64,000 nucleotides of DNA, taken from contig OZ253484.1 in assembly GCA_965261825.1 (NCBI GenBank), positions 289,347-353,346 of the forward strand. Reading direction: 5' to 3'. This document shows positions 1 to 9,796 of this stretch, in pieces (positions within the stretch are counted from its first letter, which is position 1; every line of letters begins with the position of its first letter). The stretch comes from Dehalococcoidia bacterium (GTDB taxonomy: Bacteria > Chloroflexota > Dehalococcoidia > Lucifugimonadales > QGNO01). Both the position numbers and the translations under genes were made by a program. The notes beneath the pieces were generated by a model. It worked only from the letters and a program-made list of their open reading frames with translations. It searched no databases and was not told the DNA's origin.

Positions 1-391
1 GGACTGGACGAATCAAATGCTCCACCTCAACAATCCGGTCTGCAACTTTCTGCGTCTTGGGAACTCCCCAGGCTGCTACTCGGACGTCGGAAGTCCGAGC
101 GAGCATTTCCAAAATAGCCTCGTTGTTATCGGGCCCTACCTGGTCAGTGGCATCCGTAAGTACGCTGGGATCTGGAGAAATCCGCGCGAACAGGTTGACT
201 ACGTAAATGCCATCGAAATCGTGCTTCAACGCAGTCAACATACAGAGGTCGATGGTGGGGTCGTCATCGTTGGCGTCGGCCTCTGACGGATTGAGCATTA
301 TGAAGCCCATCAAGCGTTGCCCTGACTTCGGCTTCCATATGCGGGTTAGACTGTAGCGGTACTGCCCATCAATACAAGCATCTCGCTGCAT
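1..391 (-). CDS. DUF1643-family protein (partial, 3' end outside window)
   Basis: Minus-strand ORF with ATG at 391..389, open to the window edge. It is absent from the ORF track because it has no stop in the window. Translation: MQRDACIDGQYRYSLTRIWKPKSGQRLMGFIMLNPSEADANDDDPTIDLC...VVNLFARISPDP. The MLNPSxAD..DDPT..NLFA pattern matches my recollection of DUF1643. Confidence 0.6.
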   Translation of the reverse strand, partial: MQRDACIDGQYRYSLTRIWKPKSGQRLMGFIMLNPSEADANDDDPTIDLCMLTALKHDFDGIYVVNLFARISPDPSVLTDATDQVGPDNNEAILEMLARTSDVRVAAWGVPKTQKVADRIVEVEHLIRPV

Positions 392-462
392 TATGGTCTA
401 CTCCCGAAATTGCCCATCTCAAACATGTTAACGCAACCCGAGGCGAAGCCATCAACCCCGCG

Positions 463-2313
463 TCACTTCTCAATGTTGAGTATCGCCAGAAACGCTTCCT
501 GCGGGATTTCCACCTGTCCAATTCTCTTCATCCGCTTCTTGCCCTCGGCCTGCTTCTCTAACAGCTTGCGCTTCCGAGTTACATCGCCGCCGTAGCATTT
601 TGCCAGTACGTTCTTTCTCTGAGCCCTGATAGTCTCTCTGGCGATGATCCTGCTCCCCATGCTTGCCTGTATGGAGACTTCAAACAGTTGGCGTGGTATC
701 AGGTCTTTCAGTCTGGCTATCAGTGCCCTACCCTGCTGCTGTGCTTTGTCCACGTGAACGATTAGCGACAGCGCATCCACCGACTGTCCGTTCACTAGTA
801 TGTCCAGTTTGACCAGGTTGGCCGGCCTGTAATCCGCCGGCGTGTAGTCAAGGGAAGCGTATCCCTGTGACCTGGACTTCAACTGGTCGTAGAAGTCCAT
901 CAATATCTCACCCAGAGGCGCGGTGAATTCCAACTGCACCCTGGAGTCGGAGGATGGCGCCCCGCCATCCGTTCGCGCGCCGTTGTGGCTGGGCCCGCTC
1001 TGCAGGTACTCCATGCGCTGGAAGTCGCCCCGCCGGCTCGTCACCAAATCTATCATCGCTCCTATGAAGCGACTCGGAGTGATGATGGTCAGATTGAGCC
1101 ATGGTTCCAGTATCTCCTCTATCTGCTGGCGCGGCGGCATCTGTGATGGATTCTGGACTCCTATCTCATTGCCATCCGCCAGCACTACTTTGTGGGCCAC
1201 GCTGGGCGCCGTGGTTAGCAAGTCTATCCCGTACTCCCGTTCAAGCCGTTCTTGCACTATATCCATGTGCAGGAGACCCAGGAAGCCGCAGCGGAATCCG
1301 AATCCCAGCGCGACGCTGCTTTCCGCTTGAAAAGTCAAAGCGGCGTCATTGAGCTGCAGCTTCTCCAGAGCCTCCCCCAGCTGCTTGTAGCTTTCACCGT
1401 CGGAGGGATACAGGCCAGCGAAGACCATTGGCTTCAATGGCTGATAGCCGGTGAGGGCTTCTTCCGCCTGCTTGGCCTGCAGGGTTATTGTGTCGCCAAC
1501 GGGCACCTGTCTGACGTTCTTCAGACCGGTGGCTATATACCCCACTTCACCAGTTGCCAGTCCAGGCAGCTTGGTTAAGGTGGGTCGAAACGTTCCCACC
1601 TCCAACACCTCCGCTTCGTATCCTGCCCCCATGAGCTTGAAGCGGTTCCGCTCTTTCAGCGAACCGTCAAAGACTCTTACGTAGGCCACCACGCCTTTGT
1701 ACTGGTCGTACGCCGAATCGAAAACCAGTGCCCTCAGCGGTTCATGAGTTCCCCCCGTTGGGGCCGGCACCTGCTCCACTACTGCATTCAGCACGCTGTC
1801 TATGCCCAGCCCCTCTTTAGCCGATATGAATAGCATTTCGTCTCTCTTGAAGCCAAAGGTATGCTCTAGCTCCTGGGCTACCACATCCGGCTGGGCCACC
1901 GGCAAATCGACCTTGTTGATCACGGGTATTAGGGTGAGGTTGCGTTCCAGGGCAATGTAGACGTTGGCTATGGTCTGGGCCTGCACGCCCTGGCTGGCGT
2001 CGACCACCAGGAGAGCGCCTTCACAGGCGCGCAGGCTGCGTGACACCTCATAGCTGAAGTCCACGTGTCCCGGGGTGTCTATCAGGTTCAGTTGGTACTC
2101 ATTGCCGTCGCTGTGCCGGTACATGAGGCGCACCGCTTGTGCTTTGATTGTGATCCCGCGTTCCCGTTCCAAGTCCATCTGATCAAGGAACTGGTCCATC
2201 ATCTCACGGTCTGAGACGGTGCGTGTAATCTCCAGCAGCCGGTCCGCCAAGGTAGACTTGCCGTGGTCAATGTGTGCGATTATGCAGAAATTGCGGATGA
2301 AACCCGGTTCCAT
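463..2313 (-). CDS. lepA: Translation elongation factor 4 (LepA)
   Basis: 616 aa. N-terminal GTPase motifs [31 protein letters not shown] and NKVDL. LepA-specific C-terminal region ending ...[26 protein letters not shown]. Confidence 0.97.
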   Translation of the reverse strand: MEPGFIRNFCIIAHIDHGKSTLADRLLEITRTVSDREMMDQFLDQMDLERERGITIKAQAVRLMYRHSDGNEYQLNLIDTPGHVDFSYEVSRSLRACEGALLVVDASQGVQAQTIANVYIALERNLTLIPVINKVDLPVAQPDVVAQELEHTFGFKRDEMLFISAKEGLGIDSVLNAVVEQVPAPTGGTHEPLRALVFDSAYDQYKGVVAYVRVFDGSLKERNRFKLMGAGYEAEVLEVGTFRPTLTKLPGLATGEVGYIATGLKNVRQVPVGDTITLQAKQAEEALTGYQPLKPMVFAGLYPSDGESYKQLGEALEKLQLNDAALTFQAESSVALGFGFRCGFLGLLHMDIVQERLEREYGIDLLTTAPSVAHKVVLADGNEIGVQNPSQMPPRQQIEEILEPWLNLTIITPSRFIGAMIDLVTSRRGDFQRMEYLQSGPSHNGARTDGGAPSSDSRVQLEFTAPLGEILMDFYDQLKSRSQGYASLDYTPADYRPANLVKLDILVNGQSVDALSLIVHVDKAQQQGRALIARLKDLIPRQLFEVSIQASMGSRIIARETIRAQRKNVLAKCYGGDVTRKRKLLEKQAEGKKRMKRIGQVEIPQEAFLAILNIEK

Positions 2314-2350
2314 GTTGAATTCATGCTAGCATGCGGCATCTTGTGCCACA

Positions 2351-2394
2351 AGCAAAGAGAGGCCCTCAGACTAATCTGAGGGCCTCTCTTTGCT
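2351..2394. terminator. Long perfect hairpin (20-bp stem, 4-nt loop) between the opp-type ATPase operon end and the lepA start
   Basis: agcaaagagaggccctcaga-ctaa-tctgagggcctctctttgct read directly. It lies 16 nt downstream of the stop at 2410 on the minus strand. Only a weak U-tract follows. Confidence 0.55.
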
Positions 2395-2409
2395 TAACGG
2401 TTTGGGGGC

Positions 2410-3429
2410 CTACACCCTGATGCAGGATACCCAGTGCTCGTTGCCCACGTTCCTTAGCTCCGGCACCACCTGGGAGCACTCGTCTATGGCTATGGGACAG
2501 CGGGTATGGAATACACATCCTGGCGGCGGCCTCAGCGGGCTTGGTACGTCGCCGGTCAGAATGATGCGCTCACGCTGAGACTCGATCACCGGGTCAGGTA
2601 TGGGCACTGCCGAAAGCAACGCCTTGGTGTAAGGATGGAGCGGGTTCTCGTAGAGCTCCGTCCTATCTGCAAGTTCCATGATCTTGCCCAGATACATTAC
2701 TGCTATACGGTCGCTGATGTGACGCACCACCGAAAGGTCATGGGCTATGAATAGGTACGTGAGGTTAAACTGTTCCTGCAGGTCCTCCAGCAGGTTGATT
2801 ACCTGGGCCTGGATGGATACGTCTAGCGCAGATACCGGCTCATCACACACTATCAGGCTGGGACGTACCGCCAGCGCCCTGGCCACGCCTATCCGCTGGC
2901 GCTGGCCTCCGCTGAATTCGTGAGGGAATCGGTTAGACATGCTGGGATTTAGGCCGACCACCGATAGGAGTTCCGCTACTTGTTCCCTGTATTCACCTCT
3001 GCTGTTTGTCATCTTGTGGACAATCAGCGGTTCGCCAATGATGCTCCCCGCGTTCTGGCGCGGATCCAGTGAGCTGTACGGATCCTGGAATATCATCTGC
3101 ATTCGCCGGCGGAACCGTCGCAGCTGGCTGCCCTTTAGGGTGGTGAGGTCATGTCCTTCGAACAGCACCTGGCCGCTTGTTGGCTTGTACAGTTGCAAGA
3201 TACAGCGTCCCGTAGTTGTCTTGCCGCAGCCGCTCTCACCCACCAGGCCCAGCGTCTCACCTCTGCGGATATCAAAGGACACGCCATCCACGGCTTTGAT
3301 ATCCGCTACCTTCTTCTGGAAGATGATCCCTGACCGTACTGGGAAGTACATCTGCAGGTCTTGTACTGAAACGAGTACGTCGTCTTGTGATGTGGTCTGG
3401 GTTTGCGTTCGCTCTTTCTGCTCTACCAT
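2410..3429 (-). CDS. Oligopeptide/dipeptide ABC transporter ATP-binding protein (OppF/DppF type)
   Basis: 339 aa. Walker [10 protein letters not shown], signature [15 protein letters not shown], Walker [13 protein letters not shown]. The C-terminal oligopeptide-type extension has a Cys pair ([11 protein letters not shown]). Confidence 0.9.
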   Translation of the reverse strand: MVEQKERTQTQTTSQDDVLVSVQDLQMYFPVRSGIIFQKKVADIKAVDGVSFDIRRGETLGLVGESGCGKTTTGRCILQLYKPTSGQVLFEGHDLTTLKGSQLRRFRRRMQMIFQDPYSSLDPRQNAGSIIGEPLIVHKMTNSRGEYREQVAELLSVVGLNPSMSNRFPHEFSGGQRQRIGVARALAVRPSLIVCDEPVSALDVSIQAQVINLLEDLQEQFNLTYLFIAHDLSVVRHISDRIAVMYLGKIMELADRTELYENPLHPYTKALLSAVPIPDPVIESQRERIILTGDVPSPLRPPPGCVFHTRCPIAIDECSQVVPELRNVGNEHWVSCIRV

Positions 3430-3438
3430 ATTCCCCTC

Positions 3439-4443
3439 CTAGGCCCTAGCTTCAGCCACGCGCCTTTCTATGTTGTGCGCTTCCCAGCAGGCAGCAACAT
3501 GACCGTTGGATTCGTACACCTCCAACGGGGGGACATCAACTTCACATTGCTTTACTACATAACGGCACCTGGAGCGGAAGCTGCACCCAGGAGGTAGGTT
3601 GATAAGGTCGGGTGGCTGGCCCTCTATTGGCTCCAGCTTCACCCTGCGTGGCTCGTCCAGTCTAGGCACCGACTGAAGCAAACCAAGGGTATACGGGTGT
3701 TTCGGCTGGTGGTATATCTCCTCAGAAGTCCCTTTTTCTATGATCTTGCCTGCGTACATAACGTTTACCCGGTCTGCATAGCGGGCAACCACACCTAAGT
3801 TGTGGGTGATCACTATCAGCGCCGTGCCAAACTCACGGCACAGGCTCTTCATCAACTCCAGGATCTGGGCCTGGATGGTCACGTCCAGCGCCGTTGTAGG
3901 CTCGTCTGCGATTAACAGTCTAGGATTGCAACTCAGCGCCATGGCAATCATCACTCTTTGACGCATACCGCCGCTGAACTGGTGAGGGTACTGGACCAAG
4001 CGCCGGTCCGGGTCAGGAATGCCAACCATTTGCAGTAGGTCTACCGCCCTCTGTTGCGCCCCTTGCTTGTCAAGGTTCAGATGCAGCTCCATTGTCTCCG
4101 TCAACTGCCGACCTATTGTCAGGACGGGATTCAGAGACGTCATAGGCTCCTGGAAGACCATTGCGATCTCCTTGCCGCGTATGGACCGCATCTCGTTGCC
4201 GTCTATCTTGAGCAGGTCTTCGCCTTCAAAGAGGACTTCGCCGTTCACTACCTTGCCGGGCGGCCACGGGATGAGGCGCATCACAGACAGCGCGCTGACG
4301 CTTTTCCCGCAACCGCTCTCGCCAACCAGTCCCAGCGTTTCGCCGGCCTCCAGGTTGTAAGAGATGTCGTCAACCGCCTTGACGACTCCTTCCATTGTAA
4401 AGAATTGAGTTACCAGGTTGTTTACTTCAAGGAGTGGTGCCAC
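3439..4443 (-). CDS. Oligopeptide/dipeptide ABC transporter ATP-binding protein (OppD/DppD type)
   Basis: 334 aa. Walker A GESGCGKSV, signature FSGGMRQRVMIAMAL, Walker B LLIADEPTTALD, C-terminal PPGCSFRSRC. Confidence 0.9.
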   Translation of the reverse strand: MAPLLEVNNLVTQFFTMEGVVKAVDDISYNLEAGETLGLVGESGCGKSVSALSVMRLIPWPPGKVVNGEVLFEGEDLLKIDGNEMRSIRGKEIAMVFQEPMTSLNPVLTIGRQLTETMELHLNLDKQGAQQRAVDLLQMVGIPDPDRRLVQYPHQFSGGMRQRVMIAMALSCNPRLLIADEPTTALDVTIQAQILELMKSLCREFGTALIVITHNLGVVARYADRVNVMYAGKIIEKGTSEEIYHQPKHPYTLGLLQSVPRLDEPRRVKLEPIEGQPPDLINLPPGCSFRSRCRYVVKQCEVDVPPLEVYESNGHVAACWEAHNIERRVAEARA

Positions 4444-4500
4444 GACTTCTCCTCACTCACGGTTAATATAGTTGAAACCAGCCTAGAACTTCGAACCAAG

Positions 4501-4582
4501 TGGGGAAGAGGAGACTCGAACTCCTACGCCTTTCGGCACATGATCCTAAATCATGCTCGTCTGCCAATTCCGACACTTCCCC
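4501..4582 (-). tRNA. tRNA-Leu (anticodon UAG)
   Basis: Minus strand reads GGGGAAG-TG-TCGG..CGAG-C-ATGA(T)-TTTAGGA-TCATG-long variable arm TGCCGAAAGGCGT-AGGAG-TTCGAGT-CTCCT-CTTCCCC-A. Cloverleaf folded by eye. It is a class II tRNA, and CCA is not encoded. Confidence 0.9.
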
Positions 4583-4620
4583 ATTGTCTGATTAATACAG
4601 TCATCAGATTGGCTAGACTG

Positions 4621-4693
<73 letters not shown>

Positions 4694-4801
4694 CCACTAG
4701 GCCTGCACCCCGTGAGTGCACGGACTGTATCATTACATCTCAGCACTGTCAATATGGGCTTTGTAATATGCAAGGGCAATAGCGTTGCCGCCTGCCCGCC
4801 C

Positions 4802-4987
4802 TCAAGACTCTGAGGCCAGCTTTCCTGCCTGTGCCCAGTCATCTTTTGATATCTCTTCAAACAGGACTATGGTTCGTTCCGGTGCCGTACCAAGGATCTC
4901 CTCCACCGACTCCGTGAACGCTTTGGCCAGCTGGGCCTTTTGCTCCTTTGTCCTGCCAGGCCACAACTCCATCTTGATAATTGGCAT
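4802..4987 (-). CDS. 4-oxalocrotonate tautomerase family protein
   Basis: An internal start gives MPIIKMELWPGRTKEQKAQLAKAFTESVEEILG... (61 aa). A Pro directly after the initiator Met and this length are typical of the tautomerase superfamily. The longer 84-aa track ORF would bury the catalytic Pro1. Confidence 0.75.
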   Translation of the reverse strand: MPIIKMELWPGRTKEQKAQLAKAFTESVEEILGTAPERTIVLFEEISKDDWAQAGKLASES

Positions 4988-5100
4988 TCTGGCTTCCCTC
5001 CACATCTGATATGAGGTCATTCTGCCAGTACGCTCTCGCACTTTCAACATCTTCAACCGTACACGCGCGTTAGAGTTCCAACCATTGCTATAATCAGTCC

Positions 5101-6108
5101 ATGGACTTGCGCAAGATTGGAGAGTTTGGGCTTATCCGCCGGCTGGAAGCAATGGCCAAGCAGGAGGGAGTCGCTGCTTCCCGCGACCAAGCCTTTGCCC
5201 TCGTCGTCGGTATTGGCGATGACGCCGCTGCTTGGCGCATTGATACCGCGGGCCTGATTGAGCTCTCCACCACGGATACCATGGTGGAAGAGGTGCATTT
5301 TACCAGGAGCACCACTCCCTGGCAGGACGTGGGATGGAAGGCCATGGCCTCCAACCTCAGCGATCTGGCTGCCATGGGAGGCTCTCCCACCTATGCCCTG
5401 GTTACCCTTGGCCTGCCGGGCAACGTTTTGGTTGAGGATGTTGACGCTGCGTTTCAAGGCGTTGTCCGGGCCTGCAAGACCTACGGCGCGGTCATTGCCG
5501 GCGGGGACGTTGTTTCCTCACCGTTCTTCTTCATTACCATTGCCCTGAATGGCCTGGTTCGCGGGCAACCCATGCTGCGTTCCGCGGCTGTACCCGGCGA
5601 TGTCATAGGGGTTACAGGCCATTTGGGATTGTCCCGCGGCGGGCTGGAGCTGATGATGCGCCATTCCAGGGTGGATTCGGATGCCGCCCGGGAGCTTGTC
5701 CGGGCGCACCGTCATCCCCTACCCAGGCTGCAGGAAGGCCACGTCCTTCTGGAGGAGAGGGTGCGTGCCGCAATGGACGTCAGCGATGGTCTGGTGGACG
5801 ACCTGAAGAAGATGATGCTTGCCAGCAGTACGGCCGCCCGTATCTTCTCCAAGGATATAGCCATTCATCCCGCCCTTGGGCAAACTTTCCCCGGGGATGC
5901 TCTTCGCCTGGCCCTTGCCGGAGGTGAAGAGTACGAGCTGCTCTTCACTGCTTCCGGCGAGGTGTTTCAACGCGTAAAGGAACGTCTACCTTCCGTCTCC
6001 ATCATTGGTGAAGTCACCGGTGAAAAGTCGGGAGAGGTCATCGTCTATGATGAAAACGGAAGTCCTATATTGGACGTAGGGCCCGGCTGGGATCACTTGC
6101 ATAGATGA
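5101..6108 (+). CDS. thiL: Thiamine-monophosphate kinase
   Basis: 335 aa. IGEFGLIRRL, GIGDDAAAW, TTDTMVEEVHF, SNLSDLAAMGG and AGGEEYELLFT are typical ThiL/AIR-synthase-related motifs. Confidence 0.9.
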   Translation: MDLRKIGEFGLIRRLEAMAKQEGVAASRDQAFALVVGIGDDAAAWRIDTAGLIELSTTDTMVEEVHFTRSTTPWQDVGWKAMASNLSDLAAMGGSPTYALVTLGLPGNVLVEDVDAAFQGVVRACKTYGAVIAGGDVVSSPFFFITIALNGLVRGQPMLRSAAVPGDVIGVTGHLGLSRGGLELMMRHSRVDSDAARELVRAHRHPLPRLQEGHVLLEERVRAAMDVSDGLVDDLKKMMLASSTAARIFSKDIAIHPALGQTFPGDALRLALAGGEEYELLFTASGEVFQRVKERLPSVSIIGEVTGEKSGEVIVYDENGSPILDVGPGWDHLHR

Positions 6109-6578
6109 TAATAGACACCCATTCCCCGCAGGAGACGCAGGAATTGGGAGAGGCGCTGGGTCGCGGCGCCGTGAGAGGCGACGTCATACTCCTACATGGC
6201 AATCTCGGCGCGGGCAAGACCTGTCTCACCCAGGGCATTGCCCTTGGCCTGGGCATCCACGGACCCGTTCGTAGCCCAACTTTCATTCTGGCCAACGAGC
6301 ACCACGGACGCCTTACTCTGTACCACGTAGACCTCTACAGGCTTGATGCGCTCAAAGAGGTGGAGGACCTTGGACTGGACGACTATGTAGAAGGGGAAGG
6401 GCTGACTGTGGTCGAATGGGCGGATAAGGCGCCTACGTATTTCCCCGTGCAGCACCTGCTTGTCCACCTGGAACGCACCGGCGAAACATCGCGCCGCATC
6501 CGGTTTACCCCCTGCGGCCAGCGATACGTTGATCTCCTGGCGGCTATAGAAAAGCGTGCTTTCAATGGCGATGAATAG
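6105..6578 (+). CDS. tsaE: tRNA t6A37 biosynthesis ATPase TsaE
   Basis: 157 aa. LHGNLGAGKTCLTQGIA (P-loop), SPTFIL, LYHVDLYRL. Its start overlaps the thiL stop (ATGA). Confidence 0.9.
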   Translation: MIIDTHSPQETQELGEALGRGAVRGDVILLHGNLGAGKTCLTQGIALGLGIHGPVRSPTFILANEHHGRLTLYHVDLYRLDALKEVEDLGLDDYVEGEGLTVVEWADKAPTYFPVQHLLVHLERTGETSRRIRFTPCGQRYVDLLAAIEKRAFNGDE

Positions 6579-6694
6579 CAACGACCGTATCCGCCACGAG
6601 CCGGAGGAGAAATGTTCGATACTGGCGTCCTTTGTTGTCGGCGAGCGCTCAGGCGAGGCCTATTTTCGTCGGAAGACTACGAGGTTGCGGTGCA

Positions 6695-7654
6695 CTATGC
6701 CTGCACCGTGAGCCGTCTCAGATCCTCCGTCTTAGACTCCAGGTGGTCACCCAGGCCAATCCGGCCGGATACTCGTGTCCCAGCCATCCTCAGCCCAATG
6801 ACGGCTGGGATGGCGACGCCGGTGGGCCCCAGAAGCGTGCCGATGGCGTCGTAGACCGTGGCCCTGCCTATTCGATTCGCTCCCGTCCGCAGTGACTCCC
6901 GGAAGGTGGAGCGTCCCATCAAAAGGTTTCTTCCCTCCATGACTCCGGTCATGGCGACGGCCACGAAGGGGATGGAGTCGAGGGCCGCTTCGGCGCCCTT
7001 GTCTAGCAGGTCTTCGGCCATACCCTCGCTGTGCTCGTCAAGCTGTGCTTTCGTCACGCTCTCCAGTTGTTGATTGGAGATGCCGGTGCCGAGGATTTCA
7101 TCGGCCGTGTCATCGATCTCCGAGGTCGTAGCGACCCGGATATCGGGGTATTTTTCCAGGGCTTCCTTGACGTAGCCGAGAGAATCGGTAGCTTTGGCCT
7201 GAATCTCCTCGGCTACGGACCCGTCTTCGTTCGCTATCACCAAGTCCCATCCCGGCTGCGTCGACGACTCAGCGAGCTTGGCAACCTGCCCGGGCTCCAA
7301 CTCGATCTCGTCAAGACGCTCTCCAGCGTTGAGACGGTCGCGCGCCAGGACTTCGAAGTACTTGCCTTTAACCCCGTTGGCCAGACCGCTGAGCCGCTCT
7401 TCAGATGAGCCTTGAAGGGACTCCAGGCTGACGTTGGGGTACTGAAGCCGGAAGGCCTGCAGAAACTGTGGGTCGGCGTTTGGCTCAAGCCCCAGGTTGG
7501 TGATCCTGTCAAGCGATACGTCGACGGCTAATGCGGCTATGTCCAGGACCTGCCGCTCGCCTCGACTCCTGTACTCCTGGGCTAACTCGTGGAGAGTTTC
7601 CCGATTCTGGGGCGGATATGACTCTGCGAGCGCTACAAGCTGTTCGTATCCCAT
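6695..7654 (-). CDS. Hypothetical protein with a PD-(D/E)xK-like motif arrangement and a C-terminal Gly-rich hydrophobic region
   Basis: 319-aa ORF with good coding appearance. The central segment KGKYFEVLARDRL...PGWDLVIANEDGSVAEEIQAKAT has the E...D...(E/Q)xK spacing of restriction-endonuclease-fold proteins. The C-terminus has two hydrophobic Gly/Ala-rich stretches (IPFVAVAMTGVMEG, LLGPTGVAIPAVIGLRMAG). I recognise no family. Confidence 0.55.
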   Translation of the reverse strand: MGYEQLVALAESYPPQNRETLHELAQEYRSRGERQVLDIAALAVDVSLDRITNLGLEPNADPQFLQAFRLQYPNVSLESLQGSSEERLSGLANGVKGKYFEVLARDRLNAGERLDEIELEPGQVAKLAESSTQPGWDLVIANEDGSVAEEIQAKATDSLGYVKEALEKYPDIRVATTSEIDDTADEILGTGISNQQLESVTKAQLDEHSEGMAEDLLDKGAEAALDSIPFVAVAMTGVMEGRNLLMGRSTFRESLRTGANRIGRATVYDAIGTLLGPTGVAIPAVIGLRMAGTRVSGRIGLGDHLESKTEDLRRLTVQA

Positions 7655-7664
7655 CGATACAGCC

Positions 7665-8045
7665 TCACAGGAGCAGCGCTAGAATGCTCAAGGCTAGCGC
7701 TACGATGGATACAGCGCCCGATGCGACAACCCAAGGAGACGGGCTGTGCTTCACACGCGCTATATCGCCTCTCAGTGTGTCGTGTTCCTGCTGCAGAGCA
7801 TGGAGCGATTGCTCCGTACGGACAAGTTGCTCCCGCAGTTCGGCCTGATCCTGATGCACGCCGATGACGGCCGTGGTGGCTGCCTCCGTGAAATCCTCGA
7901 ACCTGCGTATATCTGCACCGGACATCACCTCGGCGGAACGTCGCACACTCTGCCTGGCAGCACCAGCCGCAACCCCAACTCTACCCAATATACTGGGACT
8001 ACTCTTGTCTCCAGGCTCCTCTTCTTCGTCGTTTCTCTTCACCAA
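7665..8045 (-). CDS. Hypothetical tail-anchored coiled-coil membrane protein
   Basis: The C-terminus SPWVVASGAVSIVALALSILALLL is a single TM at the very end. It is preceded by the heptad-like stretch QAELREQLVRTEQSLHALQQEHDTLRGDIARV. The start is uncertain. TTG at 8045 has GGAGG 9 nt upstream; ATG at 7925 is the alternative. It lies 10 nt upstream of 6695..7654 on the same strand. Confidence 0.45.
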   Translation of the reverse strand: MVKRNDEEEEPGDKSSPSILGRVGVAAGAARQSVRRSAEVMSGADIRRFEDFTEAATTAVIGVHQDQAELREQLVRTEQSLHALQQEHDTLRGDIARVKHSPSPWVVASGAVSIVALALSILALLL

Positions 8046-8268
8046 CTCTGCGCACCTCCCTGAACATGCTGGGAGTCGAATCTTAGCACAAACGATGGCC
8101 TCCCCGCATGCGGGGATAGACCCTGCGTGGTATCTCGAATACAATGCCTCGCGGGTTCGGCACCACGTAGGGATAGACACAGACTAGCTAATTGCGAAAG
8201 AAGAAATGGCAAGTGACCCAGATGCACCGTCGCTTGCTCTGTAAGAGCACACAACACAAGGAGGGACC

Positions 8269-9777
8269 ATGGAGATCAAAGCAATAGCAGGAGATGTGAC
8301 TTCCACTGAGACGGGAGCGCTGATAGTCAACCTGTTCCAAGGAGTAACCAGCCCCGGAGGAGCCACCGGCGCGGTCGATGCTGCCCTGGACGGCGCCATC
8401 TCCAAGCTGATTGATGAAGGCGAAATCAAGGGCAAGAAGAACGAGATGACCCTGATCCACACCCTGGGCAATATGCCCGCCGACCGCATCGTCGTGGCGG
8501 GCCTGGGCAAGCAGGACAAATTCTCGGCGGAGGTGGTGCGTCAGGTCATGGGCACGGCGAGCCGCTTTGTGCGCCGCCTCAACGTGAAGAAAGCGGCCAC
8601 CATAGCCCACGGCGCAGGCATAGGCGGCATGGATCTGCAAACCTCCGGTCAGGCCGTAGCGGAGGGCGCCATCCTGGGCCTGCACAGGTTCGATAAATAC
8701 AAGACGATGGACGGCGACCCTTCCAACATCGAGGAGATGGTTGTTGTGGAGCACGATGCCGACAAGGTCGCTGAGATTCAGGCAGGCATAGATAAGGGGT
8801 GCATCCTTGCCGAGGCGACGAACTTTGCCCGTGACCTGGGCAACGAGCCGGCCAACGTACTGACGCCAACAGAGCTGGCCGACAGGGCGCGCGCCATGGC
8901 CGATGCGGTGGGGCTGGACTTCGATGTGCTGGCCCGCGAGCAGATGGAGGAGCTGGGCATGGGCGCGCTGCTGGCAGTGGCCGCGGGAAGCAACAGGCCT
9001 CCCAGGTTCATCATACTGCGCTACAACGGCGACCCGGGCAACGAGTCGAACAACATAGCTCTCTGCGGTAAGGGGATCACCTTCGACTCCGGCGGCATCT
9101 CCATCAAGCCTGCCGAGGGCATGGGCGCCATGAAGGGCGACATGGCGGGCGGCGCTTCCGTAGTAGGGGCAATGCGGGCAATAGCCCAGGTTAGGCCCAA
9201 GATCAACGTCATGGGGCTGGTGCCGGCCACGGAGAATATGTCGGGCGGCTCCGCATTCCATCCTGGAGACGTGGTGCGCACCATGTCGGGGAAGACGTTC
9301 GAAATCATCAGCACCGACGCCGAGGGGCGCATGGTGCTGGCTGACGCTCTGACCTATGCCCGTCAACACAACCAGAACCGCATAGTGGACGTGGCCACGC
9401 TTACGGGCGCCGCCAGAGTGGCGCTGGGCACCCTGGCCGCTGCCATCATGGGCAACGACCAGGCTCTGATCGATAGCATGATCAAGGCCGGCGATGCCAC
9501 AGGCGAACGTTTCTGGCCGCTACCGATGTGGGAGGAGTACCGCGACCAGATAGTGAGCGATATCGCTGATATCAAGAACTCCGGGGGGCAACCGGCGGGC
9601 ACCATTGCCGGCGGCTACTTCATCCGTGAGTTCGCCGAGGACGTGCCCTGGGTGCACCTGGATATTGCGGCTGTGGCCCGTACCGCCAGCGAGTCGGGCT
9701 ACACGGTGAAGGGGCACACCGGCTTCCCGGTGCGGACGCTGGTCAGGCTGGTGGAAGACCTAGCGGAGGACAAATAG
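8269..9777 (+). CDS. pepA: Leucyl aminopeptidase (M17)
   Basis: 502 aa. GKGITFDSGGISIKP, NTDAEGR-type motif (ISTDAEGRMVLADAL), ATLTGA. Confidence 0.93.
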   Translation: MEIKAIAGDVTSTETGALIVNLFQGVTSPGGATGAVDAALDGAISKLIDEGEIKGKKNEMTLIHTLGNMPADRIVVAGLGKQDKFSAEVVRQVMGTASRFVRRLNVKKAATIAHGAGIGGMDLQTSGQAVAEGAILGLHRFDKYKTMDGDPSNIEEMVVVEHDADKVAEIQAGIDKGCILAEATNFARDLGNEPANVLTPTELADRARAMADAVGLDFDVLAREQMEELGMGALLAVAAGSNRPPRFIILRYNGDPGNESNNIALCGKGITFDSGGISIKPAEGMGAMKGDMAGGASVVGAMRAIAQVRPKINVMGLVPATENMSGGSAFHPGDVVRTMSGKTFEIISTDAEGRMVLADALTYARQHNQNRIVDVATLTGAARVALGTLAAAIMGNDQALIDSMIKAGDATGERFWPLPMWEEYRDQIVSDIADIKNSGGQPAGTIAGGYFIREFAEDVPWVHLDIAAVARTASESGYTVKGHTGFPVRTLVRLVEDLAEDK

Positions 9778-9796
9778 GCTGACCTCTGATGGGAAG

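Noticed and set aside
17-286. 89-aa plus-strand ORF at the window start
   Set aside because: It has no recognisable motifs. The opposite strand carries a longer open frame with a DUF1643-like sequence that explains the region better.
4988-5056. N-terminal 23-codon extension of the tautomerase ORF
   Set aside because: The family requires Pro directly after the initiator Met. The internal ATG at 4987 gives MPIIK and the typical length of about 61 aa.
5053-5457. 134-aa and 98-aa minus-strand ORFs
   Set aside because: They are antisense to thiL, which has strong family motifs.
8188-9369. 393-aa minus-strand ORF
   Set aside because: It lies entirely antisense to the well-supported pepA gene. 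Its composition is His/Arg/Gly-rich and low in complexity, typical of shadow ORFs in GC-rich DNA.
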